Part shown: in pieces, positions 31,624 to 39,434 of the stretch | Numbering within the stretch: position 1 is the first letter of the stretch | Layout of the letters: every line of letters starts with the position of its first letter | Origin: Syntrophorhabdaceae bacterium | GTDB taxonomy: Bacteria > Desulfobacterota > Syntrophorhabdia > Syntrophorhabdales > Syntrophorhabdaceae | Reading direction: 5' to 3' | Length of the DNA: 64,000 nucleotides | Assembly: GCA_963665295.1 (NCBI GenBank) | Contig: OY762209.1 | Span: 352,001 to 416,000 of the forward strand | Position numbers and translations under genes: made by a program | The notes under the pieces: model-generated | Seen by the model: the letters and a program-made list of their open reading frames with translations, nothing else | Told to the model about the DNA's origin: nothing | The model's database searches: none

Positions 31624-32130
31624 CTATTGCCGTTGCGGATACAGCCCCAAGGACGCGATGTAATACGCGGTCACCACCGACGGCTGCATGTTGTCGTGGC
31701 CTGTAATACCGTCCCCCACAGGGTCCAGATCGTCATCCATGGCCACCATATGGACGGGCCCTCCGTACAGGTTCACGGTGGATGAGGCAAGGAGCCGGTT
31801 CGAACCTGTCCCTACCCCGGGTTTGTCGGCACTCTCCGTGGTCGCCGTAAACCCGTGACTATGAGGAGGAGTGTTGGCCGTGGCGAGGGCCACCGTCTCT
31901 GTGCCGACTTTAGCTCCCACACTGTAAACTCCGTAGAAATGCATGGGGGTCCTTCCCCTCAGGTCCGGAAGGCAGAAGGTCGTTTTCCCGTCCCCGCCGT
32001 ACCGGGACCCGAGAAGGGAATAGAGCGCCGGGTAGTCCTTGGTCTGCAATGTTCTCCCGTCACAGGGGAGCCATCCATAGATTTCCTTCACGAACCCCAT
32101 CATTCTTATTTCACCTACAAAAGGTTCCAT
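31624..32130 (-). CDS. Phage tail collar domain protein, type A, copy 1
   Basis: Start MEPFVGEIR at 32130 with GGAGG RBS; PDLRGRTP, HSH, HDNMQP. Confidence 0.9.
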   Translation of the reverse strand: MEPFVGEIRMMGFVKEIYGWLPCDGRTLQTKDYPALYSLLGSRYGGDGKTTFCLPDLRGRTPMHFYGVYSVGAKVGTETVALATANTPPHSHGFTATTESADKPGVGTGSNRLLASSTVNLYGGPVHMVAMDDDLDPVGDGITGHDNMQPSVVTAYYIASLGLYPQRQ

Positions 32131-32164
32131 CGTTGCACCTCCATTCGATTTGAGACCTTTTCGC

Positions 32165-32683
32165 TCATAGCCGCAGTGCATCCCTCTCCATAGAGTAGTA
32201 GATCCCCCGGAATTCCTTCTCTCTGAAACCAAGGACCTTGTAAAAGTCCCTGATCGTGTTGTTCACCTCCACATGAAGGCTCATCGCAAGGCCCCGGGCA
32301 TCGGCTTCCCGGACAAGGTCCCTCATGATTCCGCCTCCTGCGCCCCTTCCCCTGAATTCCGGCAGCAGAGCGATGTCGATTACCCGTATTCCGTCTTTGG
32401 TCCGATGGACATAAAGCCTTCCCACAGGCTCGCCGTCAATAGATACGATGCTGAAAGATGCGCCGGGATAGTTCTGTGTGTATTGGATGTGCTGAAGCCT
32501 GAACTGCATCCGGAGGAACGCTTCGACCTGACCTTCGCTCCATCCTGTGAGGGCCATTTCGTCACGCCGCGTAGAGGCATACACGCGGTAGAGAAATTCC
32601 GCATCGTCCTCTGCTATGGGACGTAACGTAATGTTTTCAGATATGATTCCGCTTATTTGAGAACCTTTCGGTCCCTCCCCCAA
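32165..32683 (-). CDS. GNAT N-acetyltransferase of the type linked to tail-collar triplets
   Basis: YASTR..E, QF..Q...Y...YP, DIALLPEFRGRGAG, LHVE.NN...FY..LGF. TTG start. Confidence 0.88.
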   Translation of the reverse strand: MGEGPKGSQISGIISENITLRPIAEDDAEFLYRVYASTRRDEMALTGWSEGQVEAFLRMQFRLQHIQYTQNYPGASFSIVSIDGEPVGRLYVHRTKDGIRVIDIALLPEFRGRGAGGGIMRDLVREADARGLAMSLHVEVNNTIRDFYKVLGFREKEFRGIYYSMERDALRL

Positions 32684-33011
32684 TTCGGCCCCCTTCCTTG
32701 AGAGTCGGCGCTTTCAATCCTGTGTGAGGATACAAGATGCTACAGCCCCGACAAAGACCTCTTTTTCCGAACTTACAGGATCTTTATTAGTTATGCATAC
32801 ACAACGCCGTATATAAAGTCAACCGTTTTATCTCAAGAAGTATATTTATTTACCTTATTGCTCCATTTATGCTTACTCTTGTTTCTTTATTCCCTCTTTG
32901 CGCCGGATATGATAGAATGCGCAAAAGATGACATGAGAACCCATGTGCAGGGAAAAGATCATCGTGATAACGATTGACGATTGTTGAACGCCGGGTTACA
33001 AAGGAGCATGT

Positions 33012-33317
33012 ATGATAAAGAAAAGCGTTTCAACGGAAAGCATCGTCCACCAGGTTGAAGAAATTGTCGCGAGTGACATCGACGATGAGAAGGTCATGAT
33101 GAGTGTTGAAAAGGGCCGGTACTATAGCCTCGACCGCGTCGGCAGCCGTGTGTGGGACCTCATCCAGGAGCCCGTCATGGTGTCGGACCTGATTGACACG
33201 CTTCTCGGAAGATACGATGTGGACCGGGAGACCTGTGAAGAAGATGTGCTGGAGTTTCTTGAAGAGCTCCATGATGAAGGTATATTGCAGGTGAGGGATA
33301 CGGAGACTCATCTCTAG
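33012..33317 (+). CDS. PqqD-family RiPP recognition element (lasso B1/E protein)
   Basis: DIDDEKVMM....GRYYSLD.VGSRVW...L...YDV....C..DV..FL..L. AAGGAG RBS. Confidence 0.9.
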   Translation: MIKKSVSTESIVHQVEEIVASDIDDEKVMMSVEKGRYYSLDRVGSRVWDLIQEPVMVSDLIDTLLGRYDVDRETCEEDVLEFLEELHDEGILQVRDTETHL

Positions 33318-33320
33318 GGG

Positions 33321-35288
33321 ATGTCCTGTAATTGGCGTTCCCGGCCGCGGGCCGGGAGGGCGGCACGCGTAAAGATCCGGAGGGTCAGGGAGATCGTGTT
33401 CTTCTTCTATTTCAGCCGTGTAGGTCCATTGTCGGCGCATCGGGTCGATCCTCACGCCGTTATCCGGCGACTTATGCCCTTCACCCCGCCTGACAAGAGC
33501 GGGTTTCTCGCCAATGACGGAAAAGGCCTGCTGATCCAATGCCTCCACTGGAATACCGCCCGGTCGCGGCTGGAGCCGGCCCCGCTGTATCACGCCCCGA
33601 GTCAGGCAGCCGCAGCGTCGTGGGCTCGTCTCGACAACCGCGCCGAGTTGGGGGAGAAGCTGGCCATCGCTCCGGCGGATATGCACAAATTTTGTGATAC
33701 GGAGTTGATCCTCCTCGGTTATCTGAAATGGCAGGAGGCCTGCGTTGACCACCTGATCGGAGACTTCGTATTTGTCATTCACGACCAAAGACACCAACGG
33801 ATCTTTTGCGCCCGGGACCATATGGGGGTCCGTCCACTCTATTACTATGCGTCCGACGACGTGTTCGTCTGCGCCACCGGCCTTACCGCTTTTTTGGGTC
33901 TTGAAGGCGTGTCCATAGAGGTTCAGCAACAATGGGTCGCGGAATACCTGATCCACGCCTCCATGGACTTCGAGCGCACTCCCTATAAAGGGATTAAAAA
34001 GGTCCCTCCTGCTCACTGCCTGTCGGTCACCCCGGACAGGATACTGTTGCGCCGGTATTTTGAACTGTCCCCGGAACCGCCGCTCGTGCTTAAGGATTCC
34101 CGGGAATATGTAGATGCATACAGGACGGTCCTCGAAAGGGCCATCGAGTGCCGGCTGGACTCCGAGTATGCCGTCGGAACCGAACTCAGCGGCGGCATCG
34201 ATTCTTCCACCATAACCGCCTACGCGGCAAAATTTCTCGAGCGTTCCCTGTCGGGCCTGCATACCTTCGCCTTTGCGTTTACCGAACTGGAACCGCAATA
34301 TGTCCTGGCCGTGAGCCGGGCCTGCCGCCTGCCCAACAACCACATCTTTGCGGGCAGCGAGACTGACCCCCGGGCAGTGTTGCAGCGCTCGCTGAATATT
34401 CTCGGCTACCCCGTCGAACATGGCAACGCAACGACCCATGAGCCGTTTTACCGGCTGGCGGAAAAACTGGAAGTCAGGACGTTGCTCTCCGGTTTTGGCG
34501 GGGACGAGTTCGCGACAACCATTTACGGCCATCTTGTTCCCCTGGAAATGATTACGAAGCGCCGGTTCCGTGACCTTTTCAATATCCTTCCGGGCAACGC
34601 CCTTTTCCGTTTTCTCCGCCTGGCCAAGATGGAGTTGCGGCGCCGCAGGACGCATAATTTCGAAAACCTCGTCTACAACACCCAGTTCCACAAAGCATTC
34701 AGGATGCGCTGGCCCCACAGGATCGTCCGCGAAGAAGTCGTCAAAAAGTACGGCCTTGAAGAGCGCTTTTTTGATGGAGCCCGTTTCGATGCGGGCTACA
34801 CGGATCTCAAACGTTTCGCCCTGGAAAGACGGTGGCGGCCCTTTGTGCCGACAAGGATGGAAAACTGTACGCTAATGGCGGCAGGCAGAAGGATCGAATA
34901 TCGCTGGCCTCTGCTCGATATCCGGCTGGTGCGGCTGTTTCTGTCGGTTCCGTCGGAAGAACAGTACTACCGCGGGACGAACCGCTACCTGCACCGCCGC
35001 GCCATCGACGGCATTGTGCCGAAAATGGTAACCTGGAAGCAGGGCAAGAATATGGGGACCGCAATGCCGCCGGATCACCACAAGCCAAATAGTTTGCTCC
35101 AATTCTCGGTCTCCGATCTGCATCCTGCCCTTGCCGAATATATTGATGCCGGGAAGTTGGGACAACAGATGGACCAACTGTCGTCTCTCCGGGATAACGG
35201 TGAAGATTTGATCAGAAGGATGCAGTCGGTCAGAAATATCCGGGCAGTCACCTATCTTTCGTCATGGATGAAATATCTTGAAATATAA
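33321..35288 (+). CDS. Lasso peptide cyclase (asparagine synthetase-like, C protein)
   Basis: ARLDNR, GDF.F, ARDHMGVRPLYY, LSGGIDSS, SGFGGDE, P.LD.RL. No N-terminal Cys of a glutaminase domain evident. Start may be GTG 33396. Confidence 0.88.
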   Translation: MSCNWRSRPRAGRAARVKIRRVREIVFFFYFSRVGPLSAHRVDPHAVIRRLMPFTPPDKSGFLANDGKGLLIQCLHWNTARSRLEPAPLYHAPSQAAAASWARLDNRAELGEKLAIAPADMHKFCDTELILLGYLKWQEACVDHLIGDFVFVIHDQRHQRIFCARDHMGVRPLYYYASDDVFVCATGLTAFLGLEGVSIEVQQQWVAEYLIHASMDFERTPYKGIKKVPPAHCLSVTPDRILLRRYFELSPEPPLVLKDSREYVDAYRTVLERAIECRLDSEYAVGTELSGGIDSSTITAYAAKFLERSLSGLHTFAFAFTELEPQYVLAVSRACRLPNNHIFAGSETDPRAVLQRSLNILGYPVEHGNATTHEPFYRLAEKLEVRTLLSGFGGDEFATTIYGHLVPLEMITKRRFRDLFNILPGNALFRFLRLAKMELRRRRTHNFENLVYNTQFHKAFRMRWPHRIVREEVVKKYGLEERFFDGARFDAGYTDLKRFALERRWRPFVPTRMENCTLMAAGRRIEYRWPLLDIRLVRLFLSVPSEEQYYRGTNRYLHRRAIDGIVPKMVTWKQGKNMGTAMPPDHHKPNSLLQFSVSDLHPALAEYIDAGKLGQQMDQLSSLRDNGEDLIRRMQSVRNIRAVTYLSSWMKYLEI

Positions 35289-35335
35289 ACCGAAACATGT
35301 AATAGAATAAGAATCATACCAGGGGGTGGTGAATC

Positions 35336-35566
35336 ATGCCGACTACACGGGCAAAAAAGGGAATTGGCGATGCGGGAACCACATGCAACGATTCGCTCCG
35401 GAACGAATCACCTGCTGTCCACCCAGTCGGTGGGACGGACGATCTGGAACCTTGGAGCAGACCTCGCATCCTTCATAGGACTTGCGCCGGTCAAACCGGA
35501 ACAAAGTATCATTATACCAGCGAAAGTTCTCCTACAGAGGCAATATCCATATACGGCCCGTCATAG
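35336..35566 (+). CDS. Lasso peptide precursor (76 aa)
   Basis: Short ORF between cyclase and kinase. Leader motif W-x-x-P-x-I (WSRPRI) and Thr at -2 give predicted core TKYHYTSESSPTEAISIYGPS with Glu8 and C-terminal Ser. Confidence 0.8.
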   Translation: MPTTRAKKGIGDAGTTCNDSLRNESPAVHPVGGTDDLEPWSRPRILHRTCAGQTGTKYHYTSESSPTEAISIYGPS

Positions 35567-35593
35567 AATCATCCGGGTCATAAACCATATTAT

Positions 35594-35625
35594 CGGCAGG
35601 GACGTGGCGCGCCCCATCCCTGCCG
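35594..35625 (+). terminator. Stem-loop after the precursor gene
   Basis: CGGCAGGGA...TCCCTGCCG, a 9-bp perfect stem. Typical position for boosting precursor mRNA relative to downstream genes. Confidence 0.45.
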
Positions 35626-35704
35626 GGACATCTTTTGACGCGAACCGCGAAGGTCGCAACCTTCGACGGGCAAAGTATTTTCCCGGCGGCTAACCGGATA
35701 TCAC

Positions 35705-36607
35705 ATGGAAAACATGTATCGCATTTTCGGATTGGACATCTTCTCCGTCATCCCCCTCCCGTCCCGTTCCGTTGTACCGGCCCGGCAGGACGGCACCCCG
35801 GATGTAATCATCTCGTATGGCGAAACACCGGCTGCCCTGACAAATCCCCGCAAGAAAGGGGTGCGCTATCAGGCTGCGCCGGGAGAGTTTTTGCTTCGGG
35901 TGGACAATGTCGCCCACTATTATGTGCAGCACGGCAGCCGCATCACCGTCATGCCTGAAGCCGGGGCGGATGATGACGATATCCTTCTCTTCCTCATGGG
36001 TTCTGTCATGGGGGCGCTTCTCCATCAGCGCAATGTTCTGGTGCTCCATGCCGGCGCGATAGCGGTGAACGGGGAGAGCGCGGTTTTTTGCGGCCCTTCC
36101 GCTGTCGGAAAATCCACTCTCGTAGCCGGTTTTCTTCGGCGGGGCTATCCCTTCCTTGCCGATGACGTGTGCGCCATAACATCAGGCGACGGGCGTCCGG
36201 CGGTGATTCCCGGGTTTCCCCGCGTGAAGGTGTGGGCCGATGTCCTGACGAAACTGAACACCCGGAACGATACACTCAAGAGTATCCGGCGGGGGATGGG
36301 AAAGTATTTTCTGCCTATTGATTGTATCCAGGAATCCCCGGTGCCCATCAGGTCCGTGTTCGTCCTTGAGACCACCAGTACCGGCAGGATGGAAATCACG
36401 GCTTTAAGGGGCGCCGACAAGGTCGGCCCTCTCATCGACAACACCTATCGCTTGCCCTTTTTACGGGGTCTGGGCAAAGGAAAGGACCACTTCACCCAGT
36501 GTGCGGCGGTTGCGGCCGGAACCGACGTGTTCCTGACGGTCCGTTCCAGAACGACGTTTTTGCTTGATGAACTGCTGGATATGGTGGAGGCGAAACTTCT
36601 GTCATGA
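35705..36607 (+). CDS. HPr-kinase-like lasso peptide kinase (PadeK/ThcoK-like)
   Basis: LHAGAI, Walker A GPSAVGKST and LADD. Directly downstream of the precursor. Confidence 0.85.
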   Translation: MENMYRIFGLDIFSVIPLPSRSVVPARQDGTPDVIISYGETPAALTNPRKKGVRYQAAPGEFLLRVDNVAHYYVQHGSRITVMPEAGADDDDILLFLMGSVMGALLHQRNVLVLHAGAIAVNGESAVFCGPSAVGKSTLVAGFLRRGYPFLADDVCAITSGDGRPAVIPGFPRVKVWADVLTKLNTRNDTLKSIRRGMGKYFLPIDCIQESPVPIRSVFVLETTSTGRMEITALRGADKVGPLIDNTYRLPFLRGLGKGKDHFTQCAAVAAGTDVFLTVRSRTTFLLDELLDMVEAKLLS

Positions 36608-37464
36608 AGGGCATCATATGGCTCGCTTCGTATCCTAAATCGGGAAACACCTGGTTTCGCGTCTTTCTTACCAACCTGCTCCGTGATGCGGATGCCCCCG
36701 CAAACATAAATGAACTGATACCTACGCCCATCGCCAGCGACAGGGACGTCTTCGACCGCGATATGGGATTTGAGGCGTCGGACCTGAGTGCGGATGAGAT
36801 CGACCGCTTGCGTCCCGAACTCTATATCCACCTTGCCGAAAACGCCCTGAAGCCGCTCTTCATGAAAATCCATGACGCCTACACTGAGGTCTCGAAGGAT
36901 ATGCCTTCTATTCCCCGGGAGGCCACGGGGGGCTGCCTTTATTTCATCCGGAACCCCCTGGACGTGGCGGTCTCCTTTGCCCATCACAACGGCTTGACCC
37001 TCGACACCGCCATATCCTTTATGGCTGATGAGAATCGCGCTCTTTGTGGCAAATCGGACCGGTTGTACCCCCAGTTGCGCCAGAAGCTCTTCTCCTGGAG
37101 CCGTCATGTTCTGAGTTGGGTCGATTTCGCCCCATTCCCCTTATGTGTCCTCCGCTATGAAGATATGAAAACGGATGCCCTGAAAACCTTTGAAAAGGCG
37201 GTGCGTTTTGCAGGCCTTCCCCACACCTGGGACCAGGTCCTGAGAGCCGTCAATTTCAGCTCCTTCAAGATCATGCAGCAGCAGGAGCAGAAAGATGGCT
37301 TCCGCGAAACCAGTCCCCTGGCCGACCGATTCTTCCGTAAAGGCAAGATAGGGTCATGGCGCGACGAGCTTAGCGTTGAACAGGCCCAACGGATTGTCCA
37401 CGACCACCGGGAGGTCATGCGCCGTTTCGGCTATCTCGACGAAAACGACGGGTTAGCCTTTTGA
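36604..37464 (+). CDS. PAPS-dependent sulfotransferase (Sulfotransfer_1 type)
   Basis: 5'-PSB loop SYPKSGNTW, 3'-PB RNPLDVAVS, RYEDM and RKGKIGSW. ATGA overlap with the kinase. Confidence 0.9.
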   Translation: MKGIIWLASYPKSGNTWFRVFLTNLLRDADAPANINELIPTPIASDRDVFDRDMGFEASDLSADEIDRLRPELYIHLAENALKPLFMKIHDAYTEVSKDMPSIPREATGGCLYFIRNPLDVAVSFAHHNGLTLDTAISFMADENRALCGKSDRLYPQLRQKLFSWSRHVLSWVDFAPFPLCVLRYEDMKTDALKTFEKAVRFAGLPHTWDQVLRAVNFSSFKIMQQQEQKDGFRETSPLADRFFRKGKIGSWRDELSVEQAQRIVHDHREVMRRFGYLDENDGLAF

Positions 37465-37492
37465 CCCACGTGAAATCACGGAGATTCAGCGC

Positions 37493-38833
37493 ATGAGTTA
37501 CGGGTCCGTTATCGCAAAGTACAGGAATATGCATCGCCAATCGAATCCGGAAGAAATTTCTGCTCTTTGGAAAAGAAGCACGCCCGGTTTGAATATCTAT
37601 GTACACAGCCCCTTCTGCCCTTCGGTCTGCGGCTTCTGCCACTACAGGGGGAAAGAGTTTCATTTCGAAAAAGACTATTCCCTATATAGAAAATATTATT
37701 ACGATTATTTACCCCGAGCTATCGCGCCCTTTCTCCCGATCATAGAGTCCCGTCAAATCGGAAACTACTTCTTTGGCGGTGGCACCCCCAGCTTGATGAG
37801 GCCCGAAACCATGTCTTTCATTTTTGATATATTTCCCGGGTTCAAAGATGTGAAGTCGAAGACCTTTGAAATTCATCCTGCCGTCTGGACAGAGGAACAA
37901 CTCGATGTTCTCGCCATGTATGGCTTTAACTGCTGTATTATAGGCGTTCAATCCTTCGATGAATCGGTGCTTGACAGGCAGGGTCGACTCTATGCAACAA
38001 GGGAGCAGATCAGGGGCTTGGCGCGGAAGGTCAAGGACCGGGGAATGTATCTGGCCATAGACATGATCTATCGCATGGACCCGGTCGACGCCGATGAGAT
38101 CTTCAGGCAGGACCTCGCATTTCTACCCGAGCTCGATGCCGACATTATCAGTTTGCAGGACAACTTTAATGAATTGTACGAAGATGAAAAGATTAAGAGG
38201 TTCTTTGAAATCGTCTGCGATTCACCCCTGGCAGCCGACTACTATTGGGAAGAAGCTACAGGGGAAAATCCGGTAATGTCCCTCGATGAGAAAAGAACCA
38301 GGAAGGCGGTGCGTTATCTGCGAAACGACTTGCCACATGAAACATATTCCAATGAGATATTTACATTTTTGAAAACAATAGATGAATGTTCGAAACACTT
38401 CTCGAAAGGTGCGGGATATCCGTCATTGATAGGGTTCGGTTCATATCAGAATAGCCGCAAGAACACATTTTCCTCCATTCGTGCACGTCAACACATCCTG
38501 GAATATATCGAAGTAAATAATAATTGGAGCCCGGAGTACTACATTACTTTCGATGAAGACCGGCGGAAACTTTTTGATGAAACAGTGGAGCTGATGAAAC
38601 GGTTCAAGACATTAGGCGATCCTCCTCCCGGGATCGTCGTCAGCATCATCAACAGACCGGCGATAAGGGACGACCAATGCGTCTTGCGCAAACCCCATGT
38701 TCTGGTAGGGTTGGAAATATCGTGGAAAGAACGGACAGTTGCCGTTGATGAGTTTATCGCAGGAATTAAGGCCGTTTTTCAGCACACACTCGATGGTCCG
38801 TCTTCAATGCTGATTGTGGGAAGACGATCATGA
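37493..38833 (+). CDS. HemN-like radical SAM enzyme
   Basis: IYVHSPFCPSVCGFC (CxxxCxxC), GGGTPS, GVQSFD. C-terminal half divergent from HemN. Confidence 0.85.
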   Translation: MSYGSVIAKYRNMHRQSNPEEISALWKRSTPGLNIYVHSPFCPSVCGFCHYRGKEFHFEKDYSLYRKYYYDYLPRAIAPFLPIIESRQIGNYFFGGGTPSLMRPETMSFIFDIFPGFKDVKSKTFEIHPAVWTEEQLDVLAMYGFNCCIIGVQSFDESVLDRQGRLYATREQIRGLARKVKDRGMYLAIDMIYRMDPVDADEIFRQDLAFLPELDADIISLQDNFNELYEDEKIKRFFEIVCDSPLAADYYWEEATGENPVMSLDEKRTRKAVRYLRNDLPHETYSNEIFTFLKTIDECSKHFSKGAGYPSLIGFGSYQNSRKNTFSSIRARQHILEYIEVNNNWSPEYYITFDEDRRKLFDETVELMKRFKTLGDPPPGIVVSIINRPAIRDDQCVLRKPHVLVGLEISWKERTVAVDEFIAGIKAVFQHTLDGPSSMLIVGRRS

Positions 38834-38893
38834 CCATGGGAAGGTCCTGCCTCTCTCCGGGAGTCCCGATGAAGACGGGAAGATTGGCCTGCA

Positions 38894-39376
38894 ATGAGGT
38901 ATAATACGTACATGACGGCATGTTTCAGATTCTTTAGGGGACTCCCCGCCAAGTGGCGCCGCCGCACCGGGGCGGAGCGGGCGTCCCTCGTGGAAGCGTT
39001 CCTGCTCCTGGGTGTCGCCCGTTTTACAGTCCTGGTCCTGCCCTTCAGGTGGCTTGCCGTATCATTGGGCAGACATATGTCGGAGACCGGCGCGCAGGCG
39101 GATTTCTCCGATCTTCGTCGCGCCCGGATAGTGGGTCAGGCCGTTTGTTCAGCCGCACGTTACACCCCCTGGGAGAGTGTCTGTCTGTCCCAGGCTGTAG
39201 CCGCCAAATGGATGCTGAAACGTCGCCATGTCGCCGGCACGCTCTATCTCGGCGTGGCGAAAGACGAGACAAACCCGGAGAGACTCGCCGCCCATGCGTG
39301 GCTTCGTTGCGGCGGCACGATCATCACGGGCAGGGAGGGCTACCGGCGTTTTACTGTGGTAGCCGTTTTTTCCTGA
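38894..39376 (+). CDS. Lasso peptide leader peptidase (B2, transglutaminase-like)
   Basis: PWESVCLSQA (catalytic Cys), LYLGV, AHAWL (catalytic His). Confidence 0.9.
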   Translation: MRYNTYMTACFRFFRGLPAKWRRRTGAERASLVEAFLLLGVARFTVLVLPFRWLAVSLGRHMSETGAQADFSDLRRARIVGQAVCSAARYTPWESVCLSQAVAAKWMLKRRHVAGTLYLGVAKDETNPERLAAHAWLRCGGTIITGREGYRRFTVVAVFS

Positions 39377-39434
39377 TGAGACGTCTCTCCTCCACCGACA
39401 GGGATAAGACCCGGGACAATTCTCCGTGCTGCCC

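Noticed and set aside
28818..32130. Prophage, tailocin or eCIS suggested by the tail-collar genes
   Set aside because: No capsid, terminase, sheath, tube, baseplate, lysis or integrase genes in the window.
33030..34718. Long antisense or alternate-frame ORFs (e.g. 33030-34718, 4325-5830, 16277-17407, 42413-43855)
   Set aside because: They are shadows of well-supported genes in GC-rich DNA and show no recognisable motifs.
33012..35288. PQQ biosynthesis or a housekeeping asparagine synthetase
   Set aside because: No pqqB, pqqC or pqqE. The B2 peptidase, precursor and exporter fit lasso biosynthesis.
37493..38833. Heme biosynthesis hemN
   Set aside because: No tetrapyrrole genes nearby, the C-terminus is divergent, and the gene is embedded in a RiPP operon.
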